From assembly GCA_964230645.1 (NCBI GenBank), contig CAXRHT010000001.1:704001-768000 (forward strand): DNA of 64,000 bases, in the 5' to 3' direction. Position 1 is the stretch's first letter, and each line of letters opens with the position of its first letter. This DNA comes from Bdellovibrionales bacterium (lineage in GTDB: Bacteria; Bdellovibrionota; Bdellovibrionia; Bdellovibrionales; JAGQZY01). Below, piece after piece: positions 9,561 to 18,478 of the stretch. Made by a program: the position numbers and the translations under genes. A model generated the notes under the pieces. That model was given only the letters and a program-made list of their open reading frames with translations, ran no database searches and was not told the origin of the DNA.

Positions 9561-10394
9561 ATGGGTAAAAAGCTCCTAATCTTCCTCGTGATATTATTTG
9601 CCGCACAGAAGTCTTTTTCGAATGAGACCACAGGCGGCTCCACTCCTCTACAAATTACTATTACGCCCTCCCAGGAGCAGATCGCTCTGACCCGCCTTCC
9701 TGAGTACCCCCCGCGCTGTGAACGCTTTATAGAGCCTGACAATTGGGACTACACCCAAGTGGATGCCTGCGCCCATCCCGAGTGGGTCCCTACCCTTGAA
9801 TGCCCTAATCAGGACCAGGTTCGCCGGGCGAATATCCTTATGGGTATGGCTGAAACAATTATTGAAGCTCACAATTATCGCTTTGCCACCCAAAATGGCT
9901 CCGAGGGGTTTACCTACGAGGCTAGAACCTTGGTGTGTAAAATGTTTCGTGAATCGACGTTTCGTCCACAGGCCGAGGCCCCAGGAGATCGCTCTTCAGC
10001 CGCCGGACTCTCTATGGTCACCCGCAGTACGGCACAAGCTTTAATGGATAAGGAAGACCGTTACTCGCAAGCTTTGAACTTTTACTCAAGGCTCCCGAGG
10101 TACAATCATATTGAAGATGGCGATGAGCTCTATGAAGCCATGCGAGGGAGTATTGCCCTGCAAATAGAGGTGGGCCTAGCCGTTCTTCAGTTAAAAAACT
10201 TGGAAGGACGCTCTTCTATCCATGGTGTAAGAGAGTTACTAGAAAGGTACTACGGCCACGGTCTACCCGCCTCTCCCGGCTACGCGGCCCGAATAATTGA
10301 CTGCTCTCGCTGTATCCGAGATAACAACAATGAAGTCCAGTACAGTTGTTTACTAAAATCCCAAGATTCAACAAAGGACGGCCAATGTCCATAA
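9561..10394 (+). CDS. Secreted Cys-rich lytic transglycosylase (SLT/lysozyme-fold)-like protein
   Basis: Signal peptide; FRESTFRPQA (catalytic ES), SSAAGLSMVT (GLMQ-like), ERYYG (AYNxG-like). Confidence 0.6.
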   Translation: MGKKLLIFLVILFAAQKSFSNETTGGSTPLQITITPSQEQIALTRLPEYPPRCERFIEPDNWDYTQVDACAHPEWVPTLECPNQDQVRRANILMGMAETIIEAHNYRFATQNGSEGFTYEARTLVCKMFRESTFRPQAEAPGDRSSAAGLSMVTRSTAQALMDKEDRYSQALNFYSRLPRYNHIEDGDELYEAMRGSIALQIEVGLAVLQLKNLEGRSSIHGVRELLERYYGHGLPASPGYAARIIDCSRCIRDNNNEVQYSCLLKSQDSTKDGQCP

Positions 10395-10828
10395 AGTTCC
10401 TTTTTACATTCTCCCTATGCTTCCTATTAGCAATTTCGTCTCAGGCGGAGTGGCAGGTGAAAAAAGTGCCAAAGAAGCTCTCTGATAAAACCCTTTGGCA
10501 ACTCCACTTCACTCAAGGGAAGAGAAGGTTGGTCTACACCCCTCAGAAAGGCTCTGAGCGAGTCCTCAATATCGAAGAAAAAACGGTCAGTGGCAGAAAG
10601 TATTTTATAACGGGTTGGTCTTATGGAGGCCGAAGCATGCAATTTCGAGTCTTTGACCCCTCTATTAAGAACACTCCTCTGTGTGAGTTTGTATCGTTTG
10701 GTGAGAGTTCAGATCTCAAAGTAAACAAAAACACCCTACAAGCCCTAAAGGTCCCCGATCGCCTCGGTGTGGCTAACCCTAAAAGCCAGAAAGACTCATG
10801 GGTTCACTGCCGAATTTTAAAAAAATAG
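10385..10828 (+). CDS. Small secreted hypothetical protein (candidate inhibitor/immunity partner)
   Basis: Start reset to MSIKFLF (ATG 10385, overlapping the upstream stop); signal peptide ending SQA; two Cys in the mature part. Confidence 0.7.
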   Translation: MSIKFLFTFSLCFLLAISSQAEWQVKKVPKKLSDKTLWQLHFTQGKRRLVYTPQKGSERVLNIEEKTVSGRKYFITGWSYGGRSMQFRVFDPSIKNTPLCEFVSFGESSDLKVNKNTLQALKVPDRLGVANPKSQKDSWVHCRILKK

Positions 10829-10940
10829 AGTGGATTTAAGCACTTCACCCTTTTTAACGGGCATTTAGAGCTCCCTTAAAATCTCTACTATTTGTTAAAA
10901 AATATTAAACAAAGGCTGATTTCAATGATAGTCATTTTGT

Positions 10941-11627
10941 ATGGAAGATTATTTTTTTAGCAAAAGTAAAAATGAAGTCGAAATTATTGATTTTAAAGAG
11001 TGCGCTGAGAACTTAGCGAAACTTTTGAGCTCTAATGGACGGAAAGTCCGCGCTTGGAATAGAGATAGTATAGAGAAGTTAAAGTCTATGCCACTTTCAC
11101 ATATCAAGTTGCAGACTAAAAAGCTCCAGTTTTGCTATGATATTTACCAATCTGCCATCGAAGAAAATATAGACCCAAGAATGGAAAGTAAAATTCTATG
11201 GCGCTTACTTGCCAAGGAGGGGTGGTCTTTTAGCTCAGATCTTTTTGGCGAGATTTCGGACAACGATATCATCGAAATTTATTTATGTAACAATGCCCAG
11301 TATTTCGCGAATTCTGTCTTTATGGACCTTTGTTCCTATGACTTGTCCGATATCGCCTCTTATCGGTGGGACGAGTTATTCACCCGTGACAAAGGGGCCA
11401 CTGAAGCTATTCTTTCAAATGTCCGTCAAGTTATGAAAAAACCTGAAAAAAGACTCTATTACTTCGACATCCCTAAACATAGGGGTGCAGAAATTTTTTC
11501 CATGGATCGTATCGAACTTGAAATGAAGTTAAAGGTCTTTTGCCCTTTATTTGATGAAAAAAAGGAAATGGCTGCCTTCTTAACCACCTTTGAGGCGAGA
11601 AAAGTCCTTTCTGATAGTGATCATTAG
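10941..11627 (+). CDS. Hypothetical protein with PAS/MEKHLA-like C-terminal domain
   Basis: IIEIY...QYFANSVFMDLCSYDLSDIASYRWDELF resembles the PAS pattern N.AF..LTGY...E..G.....L. Confidence 0.6.
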   Translation: MEDYFFSKSKNEVEIIDFKECAENLAKLLSSNGRKVRAWNRDSIEKLKSMPLSHIKLQTKKLQFCYDIYQSAIEENIDPRMESKILWRLLAKEGWSFSSDLFGEISDNDIIEIYLCNNAQYFANSVFMDLCSYDLSDIASYRWDELFTRDKGATEAILSNVRQVMKKPEKRLYYFDIPKHRGAEIFSMDRIELEMKLKVFCPLFDEKKEMAAFLTTFEARKVLSDSDH

Positions 11628-11729
11628 ATCTAAGTCCCGCGAAGAAATATCCATGTCAAAAAGTCTAAATATTTTGTTTAGAAATAAGATCTATTTGCTT
11701 TAAGTCCAATAGCGATCTTCAATGTATAT

Positions 11730-12425
11730 ATGCAGAATATTAAAAACCTTGATAAAGCCCAATGCCATTTTCTACCCATACGCTATCAACCTAACTTCTA
11801 TCGTTTTGATCTTTTAAACAAGACTTTTGATGCATGGTCTAAATGCTGGAAAGAGGTGGGCGCGAAGACTAGCTATAATTTCAATGAAAACGATTTTTTC
11901 ACAAAAGACTGCGCCCTATCGTTAACTAACAGCCAAGGCGAGGTCTTCGGGTGTCTACTTATCACCTTCAATCACTTTGACAATGTCTGCAGCACCAAAA
12001 CGAATTTTATAAAACGTTTTAACAAACCCTATCAAGAGTTTTTAAAAGCTCGACAACTCAAAAACGTAATCAGTTTAGAATATTTAACCGTACCGAAGGA
12101 GTTCAGAAGACATCCTAAGGTTTCTGTTTCACGAGCACTAACTTATCTTGGTTTTAGGTATATGGAAAACACTGATTTTTCGGCAGCTTTAGTACAAACC
12201 AGAGATGATGTAAAAGTTTATAAAGTTTGCAACGAACTTGGCGGCACCCAGGTTTCAAAAACTAAGATAAATGGTCTAGATGGAAGTTTCTTCGTCTTTG
12301 AAAAAAACAAATTAAAACCACCCGAAAACGCCTATTTAAAAATTTATGTGGAATCTCTTTGGGCCAAAAACCAAGATTTTACGGGTCACCTTATTTATCA
12401 AACTGAAAGGAAAGCGATCGCATGA
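11730..12425 (+). CDS. GNAT-superfamily acyltransferase, LuxI/FeeM-like
   Basis: 231 aa; DFF...CALSL...GEVFGCLL and ISLEYLTVPKEFRR (acyl-donor-binding motif A); no signal peptide. Confidence 0.6.
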   Translation: MQNIKNLDKAQCHFLPIRYQPNFYRFDLLNKTFDAWSKCWKEVGAKTSYNFNENDFFTKDCALSLTNSQGEVFGCLLITFNHFDNVCSTKTNFIKRFNKPYQEFLKARQLKNVISLEYLTVPKEFRRHPKVSVSRALTYLGFRYMENTDFSAALVQTRDDVKVYKVCNELGGTQVSKTKINGLDGSFFVFEKNKLKPPENAYLKIYVESLWAKNQDFTGHLIYQTERKAIA

Positions 12426-13084
12426 TTGATTCATTAAAAACAAACTTCCTTGTTTCAATACCAGAAATAGTTCACCGCACAATGGATACATTGGAAAACT
12501 TTCCCTGGGAAAACCCTACTCTCTATTCTCAATGGCTAGCTCAGACTTTTTTTATCGTTCAACATACTCCACGTTATATTTGCTTGGCGGCAGCCCGCTT
12601 TGACTATTCCCAAAATGACTTCCACAGAACACTTGTCGCCCATTTATCGGATGAAGATCTCCATGAGGAGGACGTTCTCAATGATTTGAAAAACTTGGGT
12701 CATGTTATCAGTGAGTTTAGCCCCATGCCTGAGGTCAAAATTATGACTGAAAATTTGTACTATCAAATTGATAATATCAATCCACTTTGTATATTTGGAC
12801 GTATACTCTTTCTAGAATACGTGGCTTCAAATATTTCGGAAAATTTGAGAAAGCGAATTTCCTCAACTTGGGACTTGAACCAACGTCAATTTTTAAAAAT
12901 TCATTTCGAAGAAGATGTAGAGCACGTCAAAAAAGCCTTCTCAGTGGTTCATGGACTAACCGATGAGCAGCAAAGACTCGTTGGAGATCAATTCTATTTG
13001 AGTGGGCTATTCTACACAGATTTAATGAGTGCCATTGAACTCAGCAACAATGGAGTTTCTCACCAAGACAAGCGCAGCGCTTAG
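12422..13084 (+). CDS. Heme-oxygenase-like diiron enzyme (iron-containing redox enzyme family)
   Basis: All-helical 220 aa; WLAQT, HLSDEDLHE, LFLEY and HFEEDVEH metal-ligand pattern; ATGA overlap with the acyltransferase gene. Confidence 0.75.
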   Translation: MIDSLKTNFLVSIPEIVHRTMDTLENFPWENPTLYSQWLAQTFFIVQHTPRYICLAAARFDYSQNDFHRTLVAHLSDEDLHEEDVLNDLKNLGHVISEFSPMPEVKIMTENLYYQIDNINPLCIFGRILFLEYVASNISENLRKRISSTWDLNQRQFLKIHFEEDVEHVKKAFSVVHGLTDEQQRLVGDQFYLSGLFYTDLMSAIELSNNGVSHQDKRSA

Positions 13085-13220
13085 AAGCAATATAAGGCCA
13101 CCTCACACCTTGAAATTGTGTATTTTTGAACCAATACTCTTCGACATGATGCATTCCGCTCAACTTTTTATGTTTATATCGGTAAAACAACCTAAATATA
13201 AATTAGAAAAGGGCAAGCTC

Positions 13221-13508
13221 ATGCATTCATTTGAAAAGAAAATTTGTGTATCTTTTGGATCCTATCTGAAAGACTCCAGAAACGACAGTCTCCTTACCCA
13301 AAATGAGGTTGCAGAGGCTTGTGGACACTCCAACGCACAATTTATTTCAAATATCGAAAGAGGAACCTGTTGGCCACCAATGAACGTGTTATCGAAAATG
13401 TCGAAACTCTACAAAATTCCACGTCACGAGCTTCTCGACCGTTTTACAGAATGTCGCAGAAAAATTTGGGCCTACGAGATGGGTATTCGCGGAAAAAAAG
13501 CCCAATAA
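13221..13508 (+). CDS. XRE/Cro-family helix-turn-helix transcriptional regulator
   Basis: GSYLKDSR...LTQNEVAEACGHSNAQFISNIERG..WPP; start reset to ATG 13221. Confidence 0.85.
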   Translation: MHSFEKKICVSFGSYLKDSRNDSLLTQNEVAEACGHSNAQFISNIERGTCWPPMNVLSKMSKLYKIPRHELLDRFTECRRKIWAYEMGIRGKKAQ

Positions 13509-13678
13509 TTTAATTCACCTTCTCACAAAATTATAAATCATAGAGCTTGTGTTGCTTATCCTTGAATGAGTAGTCTTGTTGAAGTGACTTCGATGGGACC
13601 TTATCAAGCCTTTCAACCATATTTCGTGACCCGTAACTAATTAGTATTTACTAAACAACTGTCTCCTGTAAACTGTTA

Positions 13679-14572
13679 TTGTTGGAAAAATCTGACTCTG
13701 CAGGAGGTTTGAACATTTCCTTTGAGGTTTCACGGCCTGGTGCTAAAAAAAATTTTTTGATTGTAGATGATGATGAAAAGATCGTTGAGACCTTTAAAGA
13801 GTTAGTTGAACTCAATTGGGGAGAAACCATCCGCCTACTTGAAGCTCGCGATGGCGCGAATGGTCTTACCAAAATACACAATCAAAGCTTTGACTGTATA
13901 TTTACTGAGCTGAATCTTCCCAGAAAGGGAGGGCTTCCCTTTATTCGCTCCATTCGCTCAAGCAATCTTAATCAAGAGACACCCATCATTGTTATAACAG
14001 CCGAAGATCCTGCAAACTTCCCTCTTCATGAATTCGACTTTGTTGAGTCAGCAAAAAAACCCATTGATTTGAGCGAGATCGTCGGTCTGGTAGAAAAATA
14101 CAACAAGGGCACCTATAAAGAGAAATACCTCTCGGCTTACCTTTTTAATCATGTTCTCTATGCGATTATGGACCTAATAACGGCTATCACATCAGAGGAA
14201 TTCAGTAGTGATCGAGAGTTACAGTTCAAGAAGGCCCCTGACAAAGTTTCAAATGACTTAATATTCGAACTGGAAATTGAATTTGGAAGAAGAGCTAACA
14301 CTTTTGCCATCTGCTTTAATTCTAAACAGGTCGAGGACTACCAAAAAGAAAAAGAATTCTACACTCACAAAACCAAAAAAGAGATTGTCAGCTCGTTTGC
14401 TCAAGCTGTTTTTAACAGTATCACTAAGAATTTGAATACCGGCTATCAGCAACGCCATAAAATAAAAAAAATGAGCTGGAATTCCAGTCACCTAGAAGGT
14501 AAAGCGGGACTTATTACCACCCTTAATAATCCCTACTTTGAAATCCAAATTTTCGCGAACACCTCACGATAG
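13679..14572 (+). CDS. Response-regulator receiver-domain protein with atypical phospho-site and unknown C-terminal domain
   Basis: FLIVDDD, IFTELNLP, PIIVIT and KKP receiver motifs; start uncertain. Confidence 0.75.
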   Translation: MLEKSDSAGGLNISFEVSRPGAKKNFLIVDDDEKIVETFKELVELNWGETIRLLEARDGANGLTKIHNQSFDCIFTELNLPRKGGLPFIRSIRSSNLNQETPIIVITAEDPANFPLHEFDFVESAKKPIDLSEIVGLVEKYNKGTYKEKYLSAYLFNHVLYAIMDLITAITSEEFSSDRELQFKKAPDKVSNDLIFELEIEFGRRANTFAICFNSKQVEDYQKEKEFYTHKTKKEIVSSFAQAVFNSITKNLNTGYQQRHKIKKMSWNSSHLEGKAGLITTLNNPYFEIQIFANTSR

Positions 14573-14577
14573 TTCGA

Positions 14578-15813
14578 CTACAAGCCCTTGGGCCCCAGAC
14601 AATAGAGACTTAGGTTATCAGGTTTGAGATATTTATCGATATAATTTTTAACTGAGTCGGCTGTCACCTCATCAATTTCAGAGATGACTTTATCCACGGG
14701 ACGATACTCTCCAAAAACCATTTCATTGACAGCAATAGAGTTCATGCGATTATCGATGTCTTCCCCGCCTATTACAATCTGACCCTTTGCTTGAGTTTTA
14801 TAAAGCTCAATCTCATCCTGGCTTAGTCCATTTTTTCTGAGCTCATCGACTTCTTTTGAAATTAGATCAATCACCTCGGCGGCATGCTTTCTTTCGGTTC
14901 CGGCGTAAATGGTTTGTAAGCCCGTATCAACAAAAGTGTTTAGCATACTAAAAACCGAATAAACCAAACCTCGATCCTCTCGGATTTTCTGATAAAGCTT
15001 TGAGGTCATTCCACCACCAAGAGCTGTGTTAACAACATAGGCGTTGAAGCGATCCTCATCTGAAAAAGCGCAGGTCGGAAAACCCATAACGATATGAAAC
15101 TGCTCACAGTCCTTTTTAAAAAAGTCATTAATGGGTTTATGAACAGGAGCCTCAAGCTTTGCCTGATAGCTTTTATTTTTCCATGTTTTCTGAGAAAAAC
15201 CTTTTTCCACTTCTTTTACCAGAGCTTTGTGGTCCACGGCTCCAGCCGCGGTAACAATCATATTTTCGGGCACAAAGTGAGTGTCATAATAGTTTTGAAT
15301 ATCATTGAGGCTCAGCTTGTCCACTGTTTCCATATTACCGAGAATTTGAAATCCAAGGGGACTATCGGGGAAGATTTTTTCGAAATATAGGTCATAAACA
15401 TACTCTTCAAGATCATCAGCACACATTAGAATTTCTTGCTGAACCACTCGTTTTTCTTTTTCAAACTCTTTGTCGGAAAATTTCGCAAAGGCACAAAGTT
15501 GCGCCAAAACATCCACACTCAAGTCCAGATCCTCTTTTAACGAGGTGGTGTGAAAGCAAGTGTGTTCTCTCGCCGTGAAGGCATTGATATCCCCCCCACG
15601 AGCCTCCATCGCTAGAGCTAACTGCAAGGGGGAGTATTTCTCAGTTCCTTTAAACACCATATGCTCTAAAAGGTGGGAAATACCCATTTGCTCGCGGGTT
15701 TCATGACGTGTTCCTGAGTTGATCCAAAAACCTGTAACGACACACTTTGAGTCCGCGTGATTCTCAGAGAGAACTCTAATACCGTTATCTAATACTGTTT
15801 TTTCAAATTTCAT
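14578..15813 (-). CDS. M16 family zinc peptidase (pitrilysin-like)
   Basis: HLLEH inverted zinc motif, INAFT, IREDRGLVYSV; usual position downstream of pnp. Confidence 0.92.
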   Translation of the reverse strand: MKFEKTVLDNGIRVLSENHADSKCVVTGFWINSGTRHETREQMGISHLLEHMVFKGTEKYSPLQLALAMEARGGDINAFTAREHTCFHTTSLKEDLDLSVDVLAQLCAFAKFSDKEFEKEKRVVQQEILMCADDLEEYVYDLYFEKIFPDSPLGFQILGNMETVDKLSLNDIQNYYDTHFVPENMIVTAAGAVDHKALVKEVEKGFSQKTWKNKSYQAKLEAPVHKPINDFFKKDCEQFHIVMGFPTCAFSDEDRFNAYVVNTALGGGMTSKLYQKIREDRGLVYSVFSMLNTFVDTGLQTIYAGTERKHAAEVIDLISKEVDELRKNGLSQDEIELYKTQAKGQIVIGGEDIDNRMNSIAVNEMVFGEYRPVDKVISEIDEVTADSVKNYIDKYLKPDNLSLYCLGPKGL

Positions 15814-15899
15814 ATTCCCTCAAAAGTCGAGCCCACTTTAAAAGTGGCTCTAAAATTTTTAAGCCTCACTAAAAAATAAGGATTTTCTGCGCTAAACGC

Positions 15900-15945
15900 A
15901 AAAATGCCTGGCTTTTGGAATGAGTTACCAAAAAAGAGCCAGGCA
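15900..15945 (-). terminator. Intrinsic terminator after pnp
   Basis: TGCCTGGCT...AGCCAGGCA stem with a T-tract on the minus strand. Confidence 0.6.
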
Positions 15946-15953
15946 CCTTTTTC

Positions 15954-18050
15954 TTAGTTATCGAGAAGAGCTTTACGAGAAAGTTTGATTCTTCCCGCGC
16001 GATCAATATCAATAACTTTTACATCAATTTCATCACCTTCGCTCAGATGATCGCTGACATTGCGAATTCTCTCTTTGGAGATTTCAGAGATATGCAAAAG
16101 ACCTTGAGTGTTTGGAAGAACTTCTACGAAGGCTCCAAAATCGACGATCTTAACCACTTTACCTTTGTAAGTGGCTCCCATTTCAGCTTCTGCACAAATA
16201 TCTTCAATCATCGAAATGGCTTTACGACTCATCTCAGGATCTGTTGAAGCAATATGGATGGAGCCATCGTCTTCGATGTCCACTTTTACACCCGTTTCTT
16301 CAATAATTCCTTTGATGACCTTACCACCAGCACCGATGACCTCACGCACTTTTTCAGGCTTGATCTTGATGGTCTCGATACGAGGAGCAAATTCAGAAAT
16401 TTCGCCACGAGGAGTGGAAATTACCTCTTCCATTTTGGAAAGAATATGGAGTCGTCCTTCTTTGGCCTGCTTCAGGGCTTGCTCCATAACTTCAAAAGTG
16501 ATGGAGTCTATTTTAATATCCATTTGAATTGCAGAAATTCCTTCACGAGTTCCAGCCACTTTAAAGTCCATGTCTCCAAGATGATCCTCATCACCAAGAA
16601 TGTCTGTTAAGACGGCTGTTTTCGTTCCATCGGAAATAAGACCCATGGCCACACCAGCGACATTTCCTTTAAGAGGAACACCAGCATCAAGCATCGCCAA
16701 AGTTCCACCGCAAACTGTTCCCATGGAGGAAGATCCATTGGATTCCATTACTTCCCCGACCATACGAATCGTGTATGGAAATTTGTCATGATCAGGGATA
16801 ACGGCTTTCAAAGCACGCTCTGCCAATGCACCGTGACCGATTTCACGACGAGATTGACCACCCATTCTTCCCGTTTCTCCCACACAGTAAGGAGGGAAGT
16901 TATAATGAAGAAAGAACTGTTTTTTATAGGAGGCAGAGAGATTATCAACAGACTGCTCATCATCTCCAGTACCTAATGTCACGGCACCAAGGACTTGAGT
17001 TTCTCCACGAGTGAAAAGACCCGAACCGTGAGCTCTAGGTAGAATTCCAACTTCACAAGCGATCGGGCGAACAGTTGTTAAGTCACGACCATCAATACGC
17101 TCACCATTATCAAGAATATTACTTCTGGCGATATCATATTTGAGGTCACCAATAACAAGACCCAATTCTTTTTTACGAAGCTCTTTTTCGTCTTTATCTT
17201 CAATGGAAGCTAGGAACTTTTCTTCCGCTTCCTTTTTGATAGTGTCATAAGCCCCGTAACGGTCGCCTTTGTCTCTCATAGAAAGAGCTTCACTGATTTT
17301 GCCTTTTGCAAATTCGGTAACCTGACCGCGGAAATCTTGATCCACTTTAAAAGGAATGAATTCTCTTTTTTCACGATTTCCTGTTTTTTCACGAAGTTCA
17401 TCTTGAGCATCAAAAATTGGCTTCATCTGTTCATGAGCAAACTTCAATGCGCCAAGAACATCCTCTTCGGAAACGAGGGTGGCTTCACCTTCAACCATTA
17501 GGATTCCGTTTCTTGTTCCCGCCACAATCATTTCCACTTCGGACTTTTCTAATTGTTCAGGCGATGGGTTAGCGACAAATTCACCATCGACTTTACCAAC
17601 CATTACAGCAGCTGTTGGTCCATTAAAAGGAATGTCACTGATGTGGGTTGCACAAGAAGCACCGATACTTGCTAAAATTTCAACTGGAAAAGTGCTGTCA
17701 TAACTGAGGATAGTGGCTACCACCTGAGTGTCTTTGTTGTAGCCCTCTGGAAAAGTAGGACGCAAAGGACGATCAATAAGACGAGCGTTTAGGGTTGCAT
17801 CTCCAGAAGGACGCCCTTCTCTTTTGAAAAAGCCTCCAGGGATTTTCCCAGAAGCATAGAATTTTTCGGCATACTCTACGGTGAGTGGGAAAAAATCCAT
17901 GTCGGAATCTCTTTTAGAGGAGACCACGGTGACTAGAACCACATTGTTCCCTGAGGTCACCAGTACGGAACCGTCAGCTTGTTTAGCCATTCTACCTGTT
18001 TCGATTTCTATGTTTTGGCTGCCAACGGTCATTGTGACTGTTTGTTTCAT
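15954..18050 (-). CDS. pnp: Polyribonucleotide nucleotidyltransferase
   Basis: GKIPGGFFKREGRP, RREIGHG, EDHLGDMDFKVAG; KH and S1 domains. Confidence 0.99.
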   Translation of the reverse strand: MKQTVTMTVGSQNIEIETGRMAKQADGSVLVTSGNNVVLVTVVSSKRDSDMDFFPLTVEYAEKFYASGKIPGGFFKREGRPSGDATLNARLIDRPLRPTFPEGYNKDTQVVATILSYDSTFPVEILASIGASCATHISDIPFNGPTAAVMVGKVDGEFVANPSPEQLEKSEVEMIVAGTRNGILMVEGEATLVSEEDVLGALKFAHEQMKPIFDAQDELREKTGNREKREFIPFKVDQDFRGQVTEFAKGKISEALSMRDKGDRYGAYDTIKKEAEEKFLASIEDKDEKELRKKELGLVIGDLKYDIARSNILDNGERIDGRDLTTVRPIACEVGILPRAHGSGLFTRGETQVLGAVTLGTGDDEQSVDNLSASYKKQFFLHYNFPPYCVGETGRMGGQSRREIGHGALAERALKAVIPDHDKFPYTIRMVGEVMESNGSSSMGTVCGGTLAMLDAGVPLKGNVAGVAMGLISDGTKTAVLTDILGDEDHLGDMDFKVAGTREGISAIQMDIKIDSITFEVMEQALKQAKEGRLHILSKMEEVISTPRGEISEFAPRIETIKIKPEKVREVIGAGGKVIKGIIEETGVKVDIEDDGSIHIASTDPEMSRKAISMIEDICAEAEMGATYKGKVVKIVDFGAFVEVLPNTQGLLHISEISKERIRNVSDHLSEGDEIDVKVIDIDRAGRIKLSRKALLDN

Positions 18051-18096
18051 TCAAACCTCTCTGTTTGTTTTATTATGTCTATTTTTCTTGAGATGA

Positions 18097-18366
18097 TTAC
18101 TTACGGATACCAAGGTCGCCGATGACTTTCTTATAGCGATCAAGGTCTTTCTTTTTTAAATAATCGAGAAGTTTTCTTCTCTTGTTCACAAGTTTAACAA
18201 GTCCTCTTTGGCCGTGCTTGTCTTTTTTGTGAGTTTTGAAGTGCTCTGTCAAATCAGTGATTCTGAAAGTGAGCAAAGCGATTTGGACTTCAGAGCTTCC
18301 TGTGTCCAATTCTTTTCTTTGAAAGTTTTTGATGATTTCTTGTTTTTGGGATTGTTGCAATGCCAT
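18097..18366 (-). CDS. rpsO: 30S ribosomal protein S15
   Basis: [13 protein letters not shown]...HKKD...LGIRK. Confidence 0.99.
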   Translation of the reverse strand: MALQQSQKQEIIKNFQRKELDTGSSEVQIALLTFRITDLTEHFKTHKKDKHGQRGLVKLVNKRRKLLDYLKKKDLDRYKKVIGDLGIRK

Positions 18367-18396
18367 TATCGTCTCCTTGAGAGTGGTTAAAAGTAA

Positions 18397-18436
18397 GCCT
18401 CTTGATCCGTGCCAATGGCAGCTCGATATCAGAAGC
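18397..18436 (-). promoter_or_regulatory. Putative rpsO 5' leader hairpin (S15 autoregulation candidate)
   Basis: Minus strand GCTTCT-GAT-ATCG-AGC-TGCC-ATT-GGCA-CGG-ATC-A-AGAGGC folds into a bulged hairpin; TTGACC-N17-TAACTT promoter-like element just upstream. Confidence 0.45.
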
Positions 18437-18478
18437 GTTAAAAAAGGCTAAGTTATGGGAATGACAGCAATTGGTCAA

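Noticed and set aside
13029..13220. N-terminal extension of the XRE regulator in the ORF track
   Set aside because: It overlaps the HDO gene; the HTH begins right after ATG 13221, giving a typical 95-aa protein.
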